Source: Cycas panzhihuaensis
Lineage: Eukaryota; Plantae; Cycadophyta
NCBI GenBank assembly: GCA_023213395.1
Contig: CM041465.1
Location: forward strand, 184,519,741-184,583,740
DNA: 64,000 nt
Direction: 5' to 3'
The position numbers and the translations under genes were made by a program. Below are positions 39,230 through 53,101 of this stretch, piece by piece; positions within the stretch are counted from its first letter, which is position 1; every line of letters begins with the position of its first letter. Under the pieces are notes generated by a model. It saw nothing but the letters and a program-made list of their open reading frames with translations. It was not told the origin of the DNA and searched no databases.

Positions 39230-42200
39230 TAACATTAGTAAGTCCTAATCCGATATGCATAATTGTGAATTGATCTTCAACGAGTGGCTTGGAGAACATG
39301 TCTGCAAGCTAGAATTTACTCAGAAAAAAGTCAACCTATAGCTTCCCTAGCTTGATCTATTCATGAATATAATGGTTTTGAATCTCAATATGCTTCGTAC
39401 GTACATGAAACTCTAGATTCTTTGACAAGTGAATGGTACTCTGATTATCAATAAAGATAACTAGATGTCCATTAGAAACTCTAAGAAACTCCAAGAGACC
39501 TTGTAACCATACTACTTCCTTCGCATTAGCATTGAGTCCTTGATATTCTACCTCTATAGGAGATAGCACCACTATCTATTGCTTCTTCGACTACCACAAA
39601 ATAAATCCATTACTAATACTAAACAATTATCTAACAGTGGACTTCCGATAATCAAAGTCTTCTCTCTAATCAATATCTGTATAGCCATACAACCTTATCT
39701 CTTCATCTTAATGGTATTCAAGACTAAGATTGATTATCCCTTTCAAATATTTTATAATTTGCTTTGCTGTAACAAAATGAGGCTCCTGAGGATTCTGCAT
39801 ATAGTTGGAAACTAATCTAGTAGTATATGTAATATCTGGTCTGGTATGAGTCAAGTAGATCAGAATCCCTACCAACTGGTGATACTTTATCCTATTTACA
39901 GAAAGCTTGGCCACATCCTTTTATAACCTTACACCCTTTACATATAGTGTTGTAATAGGTTTATAATTCTACATCCCAAACTTATCTAGTAGGTTCTTCA
40001 TATATTATGACTGTAACAATATGATCTGATCATCCATCTACCTGATCTGAATGCCCAAGAAATAATGAAGTCTCTTGATGCCTATCATGTAAAATGAAAC
40101 TCCCAAATTAGACTTGAATTCAACTACAACCTTACCACAGTTACCGTTGATAATGAAATCATTCATATACACCATACAAGCAACTATTAAAGTCCCTCTT
40201 CTTTTCACATACAAGTTCAAGTTGAGTTCTAAAATCTCGAAACCTTCATCTTTCAACTTAGTATCCATCTTTTTATACCAAGCATGAGGTACTCATTTCA
40301 GGCCATATATTGACTTCTTTAACTAGCAAATAAGATGCTTCTGGCCATCCTTAATAAATCCTAGATGTTGCAACATGTAAATCTCCATTAAGGAATGCAG
40401 ACTTGATGTCTATCTGGTGTAACTCCTAACCATATGCAATTACTAAGGAAATGAGCAAGTAGACCGTTATCATTTTAGAGACTGGTGTAAATGTCTCCTT
40501 ATGGTTAATTCCTTGTTTTTGCTTGAATCTTTGAGTAACAAGTCTAGCCTTATACTTATCCACATCTCCATCAAAGTAGAAATTTGTCTTATAGACCCAC
40601 TTGCATCTAACAAGATTCTTTGTTGGAGGAAGTAGAACCAAATCCTACGTATCATTCTTCATTAGTGAATCATGCTCCTCCTCCATTGTAGCTCTCTAAT
40701 ATGGATCTCCTTTTTCCTTATCGAACAAATCAAGATCACTAAAGTTATTAGTGTCTACCAGTAGAGTTTGACTAACATGTAGGCTTCTTGTTCTTTTATC
40801 ATCAGTCAGGGTTTGCATCACCATATCGAAACCTTCGACAGTCATCCTTACCCATAAAGGTATAGAAGGACCATTACTGGAGGTACTTCTTCTCATAATA
40901 ACTCCTCACTATTATATGACCCAATTGGTCCTACAACTTCAAATGCTCCAGTGATTGGCTCATTGTCCTCTTTGCTTGATGAATATGGGAATGGGAGAAG
41001 CGGGGGGTAAAAGGGATCCTCTGATAATATTTTAATATGATACGTCGATAATTCATCAAAATTTACATCCTAACTAACCATAATATTCTTCTCCTATGGA
41101 TCCCATAGTCTATAGGCTTTATTCTCATTATAATACCCCATGAATATGCACTTTAGACTCTTCCAATCTAGTATCTTGTGAGTATCATCTAGGATGTGGG
41201 CATATGCTATACACCCAAAAGTTCTTAAATGGCTAATGACAGACTTATGATTGGTCCATTTCTCTTTAGGGGTCATGCTTTAAATCGCTTGAGTGGATAC
41301 CTAGCTTAGAATATACATAGTAGTTGCCATAGTCTCTGCCTAAAACATTGGTTGCAGGTTTTTGGCATGTACCATACACCTCACCATCTCTATTATGGTA
41401 TAGTTCTTTCGTTCAACAACTCCATTCTATTGTAGGGTATATAGGATTATAAATTCTTGATTTATACCATGATCATGTCAGAACTGATTAAATGCATGGT
41501 TGTCATACTCCTTGCCATTATCACTTCTTAAACATTTAATCTTCTTGTTACTTTCATTTTCTATTATCGCTTTCCAGTCATGGAAGTGATCAAACATATC
41601 TGACTTATTTTTGAGAAAGTAAACCTAGCCCTTCCTAGTATAATTATCTACAAATAAAAGGGTGTACTAAGCTCTTGATTCAGAGGGGTTAGGAAGAGGA
41701 TGCATTATGTCTAAATGTACAAGCTCTGACTTCTCCTTGGCTCTCCAGGCATTCTCCTGAGCAAAAGGGTAGCGATGATTCTTGCCATACATACACCCTT
41801 CACACACACCATCTGAGGAGGAAACTAATGGCAATCCTTCTACCATCTTCAACCTCTTCAATAATGTAATACTCTTATAGTGTCATTAGCACTGATAATA
41901 AAGGCATAAGAAGTTATAACTTCAATAATGTGATAGTACTCTTACATTATTAAAGAGGTTGAAGATGGTGGAAGGATTGCCATTAGTTTACTCGTGTCAT
42001 TAGCACTGATAATAAAGGCATAAGACTTCTTCTGAGATTAAAATTTCTCAAACACCTAGAAGTTATCCTTGATTTTTCCAGTAGAAATGACTGAGAAGTT
42101 CTATTTGAAATCCTTAATCAAGCATTTATCATTGTAGAGCTCCACCTTCAAACTTATTTTGCAGATTTCTTAGGTTGAAATAAGGTTCAAATACATCTTG

Positions 42201-43265
42201 GATATATAATATACCCCAATAAACTTGCTTCCTATAATGGATACTTCACCAATACCTTCCACTAGTAAAATGCAAGCATCTCCAAGAATAATCTCTACAT
42301 CACTCTAATTTTCATTCATCATATCAATCTGGTAGGAGATATGTTTCTGCGCTCTAAATCCAAGCACCTAATAATCTCTTAAATATGACTTGGCTGATAA
42401 GATTTGTACTCTAATGCAATGAGTAGAAAATCTCTTTCCTTTATGATCCTAGTTAACTTTGTATTTGTTCTTCTCTCGGTGACCATCCTTATTATCTTTG
42501 TTAATAGTTCTTCTCTCAGTGACCATCTTTCTTATAGTAATTATGTTTTTCGTTGAACTTCTTCTTGTCTAGTAAACTTTCTCTTGACCTTTGTGCGATC
42601 TTCTCCTCCTTGGCAGCCTCCTTCCTTTGAGTCTTCATGGCTAGGGCTTGATTTGAATCAAAACCACTAAGCATTCCATGATGTTTAAGCTTGGCATCCT
42701 CTACTAGAATTAGGTTTTTAAGCTCATCAAACATTTCTACCTCTATCACCTTGTCTCTATAATAAATAGTTTGGAAAGTGGCAAACACAACTGGTAGCTT
42801 CGATATAATTATTATGAATAACAAGGTATCATCAATCGAGTTCCACTTTAGTTCCTCTAGCTTTTTCTGCAAGTCTGTGATCTTATTAAGGTAGGAGTTG
42901 ATGTTATTCTCATCTTCCACACATGAATTGAGTAACTCTAACATCAAGGCCACATGTCCATTCATCTCCTTCTTCTCAAACACATCATATAGTTTTGTCC
43001 ATATTTCATCTAGCTCATCTAGATTGTGAACCAAAGCTCTCTAGTCTAGTGGCAGTGACAATTTCAATAGTCATATGGCCATAAATTTCTTCTCTTCAAG
43101 ACGAATACGCTCTTTATAGTCTAATGGAATTATGTCCACCTTAGCCTTAGTGATACCTAATAGTTGATTCACCATCAGAATGAGCTCCATATTAGCCTTC
43201 CACTCGTTGAAATTGTTACCATTGAAGATTGCCTTGGGCATAAGGTGCTCCATCTTAAGAAACAT
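39230..43265 (-). pseudogene. Degenerate Copia gag-pol of element E
   Basis: FNGNNFNEWK (gag), VCEGCMYGKNHR and HLRTFGCIAYAHI (INT), CKWVYK..YKARLV and THTRPDI (RT), HVRTKHIEI (RH). Confidence 0.94.
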
Positions 43266-44474
43266 GCTTTAATATGTGTCAAACCACACTAAAGTGAATG
43301 TCTTTAGGATAAAAATGTAGCCTTGTGTCCTCCTCTAGCTTAAGGGCACACGTTGGAGGGTACAAAACACCAAATATACCTTTGTTAGGTGAGTCACCAA
43401 TTATTTTCCCTCACAAAAGACTAATAACCACCCTTAAATACCCTTAAAAAATGTCAAAAAATGACCCTTATGGCACTTAAAATGGTGCTCCAAGAATAAA
43501 GAATGGCTTCACATGGTAGAAAACATGGTCTCTAAGTCAAAGAATACTAAAAAACTCCTTGATCCATGTTTAAAATAAGTCAAGGATGCTTCAAATATCT
43601 TCAAAAATACTTCACACTTTGGAAAAATGTGATATCAATGGCAAAAGGTCTTTTCATAATTCCACATTATAAAAGGAATATACCAAAAGGTATATTCTAA
43701 AAAAATACAACTTTCTAGAATCTCCTGCACCTCTTCACTTAATACACATGTTAAAATACCTTAATAAATATGTGTTTAAATATAACAAAGGTTCCAAGTG
43801 TTAAATTTAATCAAATATAAACCTTTGAAATCTCTCGTAAAATGAGATAGGGTGTGGCAGTTGCGTGATGATGTGCAACAACCCTGCAACCTACATAGGT
43901 TATACTAAGCCCATGTTCTATAATAAAGACTACATGGCTGATACTAACCACCCAACACAGTCCATAATTGCATATAAGAGCCGTGTGGACCACCCCCAAC
44001 TAGAGTTCACTTCATATAGCTAAAAATTGAGTGATCTTATATTCTCAAAGTTGCCCACTATTCAGAATTGACAAAGCTACATCACTACACACTATTATAG
44101 CCATAAAAACTGTTTAATATATTCACAAAGAGTAGAAAACTACCAACACAAGCTCTAATATTCACTCTTAAAATGAAATATACATGGTTTTATTTGTAAA
44201 TAATGTTATTTTATATCAATTTCAATGGTACTTTGTCAAGAACAAAACATACTTACTTGTATGATATTGTAGTTACTTCACCACTATTGAATCACCATTA
44301 GAACATGAATATGACAAATTATTTGAGAGTTGGTTCTAAGTTGGTTATCGATCTTGCAACACTTTCATTTTCTGTCAGAGGTTGTCATTAGTTCATCATC
44401 GGAACTTAGAAAGAAACTCTCTTCTTCTTGGAAGGGATGAACGTACATAGAGTTTGTCAATTGGTTCTTCTAAG

Positions 44475-44549
44475 GAAGACATAACCAAGTGGATTAAGGC
44501 AGTGGATTGTGAATCCACCATGCGCGGGTTCAATCCCTGTCATTTGCCC
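44475..44549 (+). pseudogene. trnH-GUG: Plastid-derived tRNA-His(GUG) pseudogene
   Basis: CCAAGTGGATTAAGGCAGTGGATTGTGAATCCACCATGCGCGGGTTCAATCCC core; acceptor and D stems mutated (GAAGACATAACC vs GCGGACGTAGCC). Confidence 0.92.
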
Positions 44550-44947
44550 ATAAAGAAATGGATTGGATCCAATCCATCTTTGTTATTTTCAATTTCAAAT
44601 AAATGAGAAGTATTTCTATCTATTGATATAAAATCAATTAAATTCTTAATGGTTGACATAAGCTCTTCTTTATGCTAATATTAAATTTATATGCCATTCT
44701 ATTCATGATCACCCAAAGTATATACTATATATAAGATCTTTTTCAATACTTTATTTCAATAGATCCAATATGGTTTCATTTCAAATTGGTAGAGAACAAA
44801 TATATATATAGATCTATGTACCTATATAGATAAATACCTATATTCTATCAATATTATAGAAAAAAAAGGAATGGAAAAGACCCAAGTCATTGAATCTATT
44901 TAAGAATAGAGATCTATCAAAAACTATTTCATTATTGTAAAAAAGGA

Positions 44948-47680
44948 ATGAAACAACAAAAATTAAAATCCTGGATATTGAAATTGGAAGAAATACGGAG
45001 ATTTTAATATTTATTCAATTCATGGACCAAATTGAATTTGGTGAGATTGTTCATGAAAATAGTTTCCCATTGAGAACATCTTATTAAGCTCTTTGATTTT
45101 TAAATTCTTAGTACATTGCTTTTATGTGATCTACGTGGTTCAAGATGTAATCAATCTTTGATAATCAAAGGTGTAGTATTGCTTACATTATCGATCCTTA
45201 TATATCATGTGAATTAGAAAAGTATGATTAAAAGAAAAAGGTTTTATTCTATGAAACTCTTTCCTATACCTATAAATTATGATGAACCTAAAAATAAAAC
45301 ATCGGAAGAATATTTTGAGTCTTTCAATAAAAAAATATTTATCTTTTTGCATCTTTTTCTATCTTTCCCAAAAGGGAGAAAGATATATCAATGTCACTTG
45401 AGAAATTCGAAAGAGGATGCTTGGGTTCTCTTAAAAAGAAAAGTGTGTGTCATGGTTACATATAATTAAATTAATTCTTAGGGTTCATGATGGTGGAAGA
45501 ATTGGATTAAAGAAGATATTCTTCCTAGTTGGAAGATTCGTCAAGGATTAATAGCAAAAATTGAGATGTCAATGAAAGAGAAAGATGTAGAACATCTAAA
45601 GGAGTTTTTTGAATTCTATATTGATGATCTGATCCATAAAGACTATGATTGGGAATATCATTTTGATCATGTTTTTATGAGAAATAAGCAGGACACGATT
45701 GACTTGAGCTCAAAGCAACAAGTTGAAATATTAGGTAATAATCTAATCTATTGTCTCATGTATTCTTTTTATGAAAAAATGCTATTTGAAGTAGAGGGTT
45801 TATTCAAGCAGCAAAAATCAAAATTAATTGTTGAATTGAATAATATTAAGCATTTCTCCCATCTTCAATTATCCTATCAAGAAAAATTAGAATGGGGACC
45901 ACATTGGTAGAAAAATAATATGTTTCAGATCTGGAATAATTGGGGTGAATTTGATCAAATTATTGCAGAATCTTCCATTCTCTTGAAAGAGAAAGGGTAT
46001 CTCTCTTTCCAAAATTATACTAAATTTTGGAAATTTTATAAAGATTCTTTTGTTAGTTGGGAGAAAGATCAATAGAAATTAGAACTTTCGAAGGGCATTT
46101 TAAAAGAGAAATTTATTCAATTAAATGATGTGAACAATGATCAACTTTCTAGCAAGATACATAATTTATTGTTGGATATTCTATATAATTTCTTAGAATC
46201 TATTTTCATTGAAGTCAATCATTCTAGCCAATTGAAAAGATCTTATAATCGATTCATAGATCATTTTGATCCCATTAGTGAAAATTCAAAATATGGTACG
46301 AAAATGAACAAAATGTATGAGATAATCTCAGAGAATCAAAGACTGATAACTTAGGAGACTCATTCAGAGAAGGATGAGAAAGATATCAATTCAAAGATAG
46401 ATTTGACTCTCAATTTCACTGAGAATTAGTATTGGGAACCTAAAAAAGATCTTTGTGAATGGATATTCATAAATGGATATATAAATAAAATGGAGATCAA
46501 ACAACTAAAAGAAAAATCAATTCTTTGGGATTGTTCTTCTTCTATTCAAATAGAAAGAACAAAAATAGAATTAGATTTGTTCTCAAAGTGTCTTTGAGAA
46601 GATTCTCCAATCTATTGGACGAAAGAACTATTTAGAAAACATAAAAAGACTATAATAGAGAATTTGTTTCCAAAGGAAACGAAAAGATTCATTAAGAATT
46701 TCATAAAATCAATTCATTCTTATTTTTTTGACATATTGTCAATAAATGAACCGTGCATGGATTTTAGTGTTACTAAGAAGCCTATTAAAAATTTCAAATT
46801 ATTGAAATGGCAATTGCATGTTCTTTTTAGATATTTCAGGGGCTTAGAAAAGAATGGGATAATTGATCCATGGAAGATAAAAATATATTTTCAACATCCT
46901 TCCTCAAATTGTGCTATTTTATTAGATCCTAGATGTAATATGATTAGAAAAAACTAGAGGGATATAAACAAATTAAATTATATTCTCTTTATGGACCAGA
47001 GTTTGTCTCAGAATTAATTTCTTCATTCTATGATCAAAACAAAGAACAATACATATTCCATAATAATTTATAATTTAAAAAAAGAGTTCTAAAAATAATA
47101 GATCAATTTACTCTATTAATAACTAAGTCTAATTAGGCTTATGATAATACACTTGCTCCTGATATTGATTATTATATGAATAAATTCTATGAACTGAACA
47201 AGAATAGATTCTTGGATCAGATCTTCAACTACAAGAATAAATTGAAGAATCAATCTTTATTGATCCTACTCAATATTACTGATAAAGAGAATGAATATTT
47301 AGATCAAATAATAAAAAAAAATTAATCCAAATCTCTTCCAAAAAGGGTTTACAAATAGGAACCCTCTTAATAATTATAGAATTGAAACTTTAAATTGGTA
47401 TAAATTGATTCGATATAAGATTCATGAGAATTTAAAAAATACATTTAAAAAATTATATTCAATGAATGGGTCCAGTTGCAATTTAAAAGATTAAATTTAA
47501 ACAAATTGGATAGAAAATGAAAATTTGAATAATGATCGAAAGATACAATTAACTGACATCCATCAAATTGGAGAAAAGGTAAAAAAGAAAGGTTTGATCA
47601 TTCTATTCTTTGAACTAATAAATGTATCAATTGAAATTTGAATGTGTATAGATGGTCCAATCAAACCGAATACTTGAAGA
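44948..47680 (+). pseudogene. ycf2: 5' fragment of plastid ycf2, with many stops
   Basis: MKQQKLKSWILKLEEI...WTKLNLVRLF...HLIKLFDF; FFEFYIDDLIHKDYDWEYHFD; LMYSFYEKMLFEVEG. Confidence 0.92.
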
Positions 47681-47978
47681 GGTTCCACTGGCTTGAATTT
47701 TTGCTATAGATCATCAACCAATTTCAGATGGCCCCCAATGAGTCAACTCATACCATGAATGTGGCCTTCACCTCTAAATATTGACTCCAATAGACCCTTT
47801 TTCTTAGTTGAATAGTGATTTTTACTACTGTAACCACTAATGATATGCTGTGCCTACTTCTGTATGTTGTTAGAGATGATGGACCCTAAGGATATGTCCT
47901 AGGCTTGATGGCTTCACTTGGCAACTGGTGATCTCAACACTCCACTTAACATCAAGCTTTAGTTGTGAAGGACCTTAT

Positions 47979-47991
47979 GGCTCTGATACCA
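47979..47991 (-). promoter_or_regulatory. tRNA-iMet primer binding site of element E
   Basis: Reverse complement TGGTATCAGAGCC, directly adjacent to the LTR end. Confidence 0.93.
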
Positions 47992-48359
47992 TGTTCGGGA
48001 ACATAAAATCACACATGTATGTTCCCATCCATAGAATCTTTAACCATACACAACAAGTAAATAAGAATACACACAAAAAATAGATGCATAGTATACAGGC
48101 TTTATGTGGGAAAACCCTTTCAGGAAAAAACCCACCACAAAAGATCCTTTTGGATCATATTTATTATTCCACAATGATTTGATACATAGAACACATAAGG
48201 CCTCAAGTTTGTTATACTCTTCTAAGAGGTGTCACCCAATTAGGGTTGTGACCCTCTAAATAAGTCACACCTTTTCATTTAATCACCTTAGTTAAACGAC
48301 ATTAACATTAACATAGTGTCTTAATAATTAACTGTCACATTAATAATGTGGCACTAACA
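47992..48359 (-). repeat. 5' LTR of element E
   Basis: TGTT...AACA termini; repeat of 38764-39116. Confidence 0.9.
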
Positions 48360-48573
48360 AAACTACATACCCAAATAAGTGACCTATAGAACTGATGGTC
48401 ATAGTGGCACAATGGATGGTTACCCATGTGGTTAGGTAGATTGAGTATCCTTCATATGAGCATAAGTATTTTTGAATATTATTTCACGTATTTTATGATC
48501 TATTAGATTTAAAGATTTAATTATATTTTGATATGAGATTTCTTATTATATAATTGTATATTATAGAGGGGAA

Positions 48574-48996
48574 CGTTGGATAGTAATATATAATTATATA
48601 AGATGTTATCTTTTACTCATTTCATACTATTTCAATATTATATTAATATTATATTATAGTTACCTTAATATGCGTGCCACTTAGGAATTGTGCCAACACA
48701 TAAAGGTTAATATAGAGGATTCTTTACATGATATGAGGTGTTATATAAATATGTATATAATTCTTTTAATAAGATGAAGTTTGGTCATTCTTCAATATAT
48801 CTATTGTGCTTATACATAATCATCTTATTGTATATCATTTGTTCATCTTACACTCACATCTTTTATCCATTGTATGTCCTTGTTAGGTTTAATTTTTATA
48901 GTTCATAATTTCTACATGTTGTCCCCAATATATTAGTATAAGGCCATCATTCTCAAATCCAAGATAATGGTAATAAAATAAATACCATAACCAATA
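48574..48996 (+). repeat. 3' LTR of element F
   Basis: Repeat of 29215-29644, preceded by a PPT. Confidence 0.88.
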
Positions 48997-50254
48997 GTTG
49001 ATGTTACCAAGGATAGGTGGGACAGTACATTGACAACATTTACTTTTTAGAGTCTTAATCTTACTAAGACAATTCTCCCTATAAGGAAAGAAAGAGAATC
49101 ATGATAGTAGTGTACTATTATATCATCCTTCCTAATAATGTCTATATGTGCTCCTTCAATAGAGTCATATTGAGGTATCTCCTACCTCCTAAAACTCAAA
49201 GTATTTGAAGAGAATGTTATGATGGGCATCTTGGTGGCTATGTAATAGCTTAGAAAATACTCAGGATGGACTACTATTAGCACATATTATTCATGGATAC
49301 CCACATCCATATTAAAAAATGTAATAGGAGTAAGGTACATGTGAACCATATTGACCAACCTTCTAGTTTGATGAGAGTAATTGTCCATCTATAACCTTTC
49401 TCTTAGTGGAATTTTAATCCCATTAGGAAAATTTATCATCCTTCACTTAGTGGCCATAAATTCATTCTCATAATCACTAATTACTTTACCAAGTGAAGTG
49501 AATCCATTTATCTCATTATCACAATAAGAAAGGTAGAAAACACCTCTATCTTTTAGCATATTATATGTCTTTTTAGGGTTCTTGATATAATCATCACCAA
49601 TAATAAAACCCTGTTCTATAATAAAGATGTCAACAAGCTTTACGAGAAGTTTATTATAACTACCATATGTCATCCCTATATTATCCATAAGAAAATGGGT
49701 AAGTAGGGGCCTTTAATAAGATCTAGATAAAATATTGTCCAAAATTATTTCTACCTTACATAAGGACTAACATGCCTAGTTATACCTTGAACTATGGGCT
49801 TATAGAACTTATCTTCATAATGTAACTAGGATGATACTATTTTATTTTATTTATGACATTGAAGTTATACTTCCCCTTGAGGTTGAGATTCCCTCACTTT
49901 GCATTTTACTTAAGGAGTCTACTAATGATAAATGGATAAGATATGCCTTACTTGTTGAGCTAAAATATCTTAATGAAAGTAGGCTCAAGTTATATCAATA
50001 TAAACTATCTTATAAGAAGAAAGCCCAAGCTACCTACAATAGGAATCTATAGCCTAGAAAGTTTAAAGTAGGAGAAAAGGTCCTCAAACTTGAGTATTTT
50101 CATTAAAAAAAAAAAAAAAAAACCACTCAAGTAGATGAGACCTTATCTCATAGTTGAAAATTTAGACAATAGGGCCTATTGGGTTTCAACCCTAGATGGG
50201 AAAGAGCTTGAGAATTCTATGGATTCTTAATTCCTTTGTATTTACTACATCTAG
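48997..50254 (+). pseudogene. Element C, right part: degenerate integrase
   Basis: GHKFILIITNYFTK, LWAYRT, EVILPLEVEIPSL, KFKVGEKVLK; stop TAG 50252-50254; closely parallels B integrase. Confidence 0.9.
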
Positions 50255-53101
50255 CTTGTCATATCACTTCATTCTATAATGAACTTAAACTATGATACAC
50301 TTTGAATAAGTATAAACAATCTACCTCTCCCTCCCATGTCCATCTCTTAAGGGTGCCATACTCTAATATGAGTGTAAGTAGTTAATATCTTCTCCTCTTA
50401 ATCTCATTGCTTGGAGGAATCTCATTCCAAAATGAGTATAAACTACCTAAGTTTAAAAGAAGAAGTATCTAGTGAGAGGAATAGAAAATGATATAATTTA
50501 GAAAAAAAAGAGAATTTCATGGAGAGATTGAATTATAGTGAGGTTAACAAATTTCTAGATATCTTTATAACCTACTGGTCATGGTTGTTATCATTCTATG
50601 GGGACTTGCCTTTTATTGAATGAGTCTCATCACTTATTTAATAAGCAGTAGGTCCTCTCATGGGAAGAATCATTTAAGCATTCATTAGTTGGGTATATAC
50701 AATACTAATGAATGTTCTTGTAGCACTTCTTTAGAATTTTGATTGGATTTTACTTGACCTCTCAAATAGGTGGTCAATAGGTTTCAAGGGTTATTCCTAT
50801 AAATCTCCCATTGGGTTTTTTATTTAGTGACCTTATTGTGAAGTAGGTTAGCCAAATCTTAGCTTATAAAAATTTTCTTTATGGTCATCCCTAGTGGGTT
50901 TCTCTAGATCTGGATGAGTTGCCTCTATTCTTTACCACTCTTCACTTCTTGTCAAAGCTCCCACTCCTAGCAAAGAGTCATTTTTAGGAACACTAATATG
51001 ACCATACACTCACTCATACATCATAATAAGGATACAAAAGGGAGGAATGGGTTAAGAATTAATAATCCATAAGTTGCAATCATAAGGAAAAATGTATAAA
51101 CTAGTTTATATATTTTTGTACATCAAAATATATGAGTACAACCATAGTGTATCAATCTGTGTGGTATTAAAATATCTATGAGTTCTCTTATTGATTTATA
51201 AAGCTTCAATCAACACATGTTGTACTCATGGATTGAATGAACATATCCCTTAAAGGCCCTCCATCACCTCACTCTCATCTCATGTTACTATATACACTTT
51301 GTGACAATTGAACTACATCACTTATACTCCTATCTCTGCCTCCAACTTAGTATCTTTAGGTCCTTATGGTCTTTGACTACTTTAATCCATATATACTACT
51401 ACCTAAACACATAATCAAGGGCTTTAAAGAGGCCTAATCAAACTTTAGGTCTTATATAAGGGCCTCTAACTCTCCTTTTCTTATTTACAACTCAAGATAC
51501 ACTTATTTAACTCAAATGGACAATGCTAGATAGACCTTTTATATGCCATCAACTACTATCTAGCCCTCAATCTACACTGGTGGTTAGCCTAGGCTATGGA
51601 TAAATAATAACACCTCATCTAGTGCCTACCTCACATATTCACTCCTTAATAGCACATCTCTTGTAAAATGGTAACATCAAAAGTAATTAGTTCACATCCA
51701 TCTCAATGTAATCAAATTAAAAATAATTATAAAGAAAGTAGCTGAGTTTGAATATATTTCCTTAAATTTTATCCTTTTTGATCTTTAGTTATTATTCCCA
51801 CTTTTCTTAGTATAGTTTGTTTGGTGTGATGATTTTGTGTGTTATTAGTACCTATTTTAGGGCATTGATGATTGGGATCTATTATGCAAAAATTAAAGTC
51901 TTGTCCACTTTGTACTACCAATACCCCTAATTTACTATGTCTCTACTTCATGTTTTATATTTTTATGGATTTTATCAGCTTGATTTAGCTTGAAATGTAT
52001 GCATGGATATTTTTTAAAATTGGGTAGTCTCACCCTATCATAATTGCATTGACATTCTTGAAATTTTGATGGTATCCTTCAATATTTACATAAGCCCCAC
52101 CTAAAATTTGATGATATGTAATATACTATTAGTATTTATGGTGGTATTGCCGAACTTTATATTAGTTCCATAATTTTTTTTTTTTTTGGTACCACTAAAT
52201 TAGTGACACATGCCTTGTAAGTTTGATAGTATCATCCTAATTTTGATGGTATCAACTATCAAACTCCCAAAATGGGAAAAATCTTAATTTTTTACTTCAT
52301 TTTGCATTTAGTTTAAGTTTTTTCACTAGACTAAATGCAATAAAGGGATATTATGGGCATAATACAAGTGGTTTATTACTAAAACCATGTTCTAAGAAGC
52401 CTTATTTAATCTCATTAACTCATTTGGTATGACTCTTTTAGATTTTTGGCACTCTTAGACTATTGGACTTTGAGATATTTTACTTCCCCTTTAGTTATCC
52501 TCTTACTTTGAACTCTTTCTTATGATTTTGTATTATTCCATATGCTTGCTTTATAGGTATTGGATGCTTATTATGATGCTTATGGAGAAATTATGATGAT
52601 TTTATCTTGTTTATGAAGTAAAAAAACTAGTTAGAAGTGCATTTGATTAAGTCCTTCGGTACCCCATTGCTTGGAGATTTCTCCTCTTTATCTTGACCTA
52701 TTGAAGTCATATTTTTCTACATTCTTACTCTCTATTTTTTAACAAAAATGTTAATTCTATGCCATCATTATTGACCTCTTTCATTTGATTTTCAAAGTAA
52801 ATTAGTGAGCATTTATTCTTTCTTATTTAAGAAACAAGATTTACCATTAATTTGCTTCTTTTATATTGCTAGCTGAGTGAAAAATATTGTAGCTAATCTT
52901 GCATAAATTTGTTTGTTATTTTATTCATTAGTCAAAGTGTATTTTATTCATTATCTTGGAGTTTGTCAATTATTACTTATTATTATTTGTGATTGGTATG
53001 TTAATCAAGAGACCACCTCTTTATTATGACATTGTTGGGATTAGTTTCCTGTACTTACTCTTAACCAACTTGATTGCTTACAATTTGCCTCACGTCCCTT
53101 C

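Larger units (their letters stand above)
44340..47680 (+). other. Nuclear plastid DNA insertion (NUPT): trnH-GUG, spacer and 5' part of ycf2; left boundary uncertain (~44160-44470)
   Basis: Recognisable plastid trnH and ycf2 in tandem, both decayed, flanked by retrotransposon leader sequence. Confidence 0.9.
38764..48359 (-). mobile_element. Element E: Ty1/Copia LTR retrotransposon with a plastid insert in its leader
   Basis: LTRs 38764-~39116 and 47992-48359; intact iMet PBS; gag-PR-INT-RT-RH order on the minus strand; no convincing TSD. Confidence 0.85.
29215..48996 (+). mobile_element. Element F: old non-autonomous LTR element (iMet-type PBS, ~2.7 kb of own internal sequence, no pol) inserted in the pol of C
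   Basis: LTRs 29215-29644 and 48574-48996; PBS-like TAGTATTAAAGCC at 29648; PPT AGAGGGGAA at 48565-48573; degenerate TSD ATTAA/GTTGA. Removing F rejoins C pol as EYIFCVDVTKDRW. Confidence 0.82.

Noticed and set aside
44475-44549. Functional tRNA-His gene
   Set aside because: Plastid-type sequence within a decayed NUPT; acceptor and D stems are disrupted
51700-53100. AT-rich interval as possible host intron/exon sequence
   Set aside because: No ORF, no convincing splice structure or motif; most likely decayed repeat, unassignable without a library
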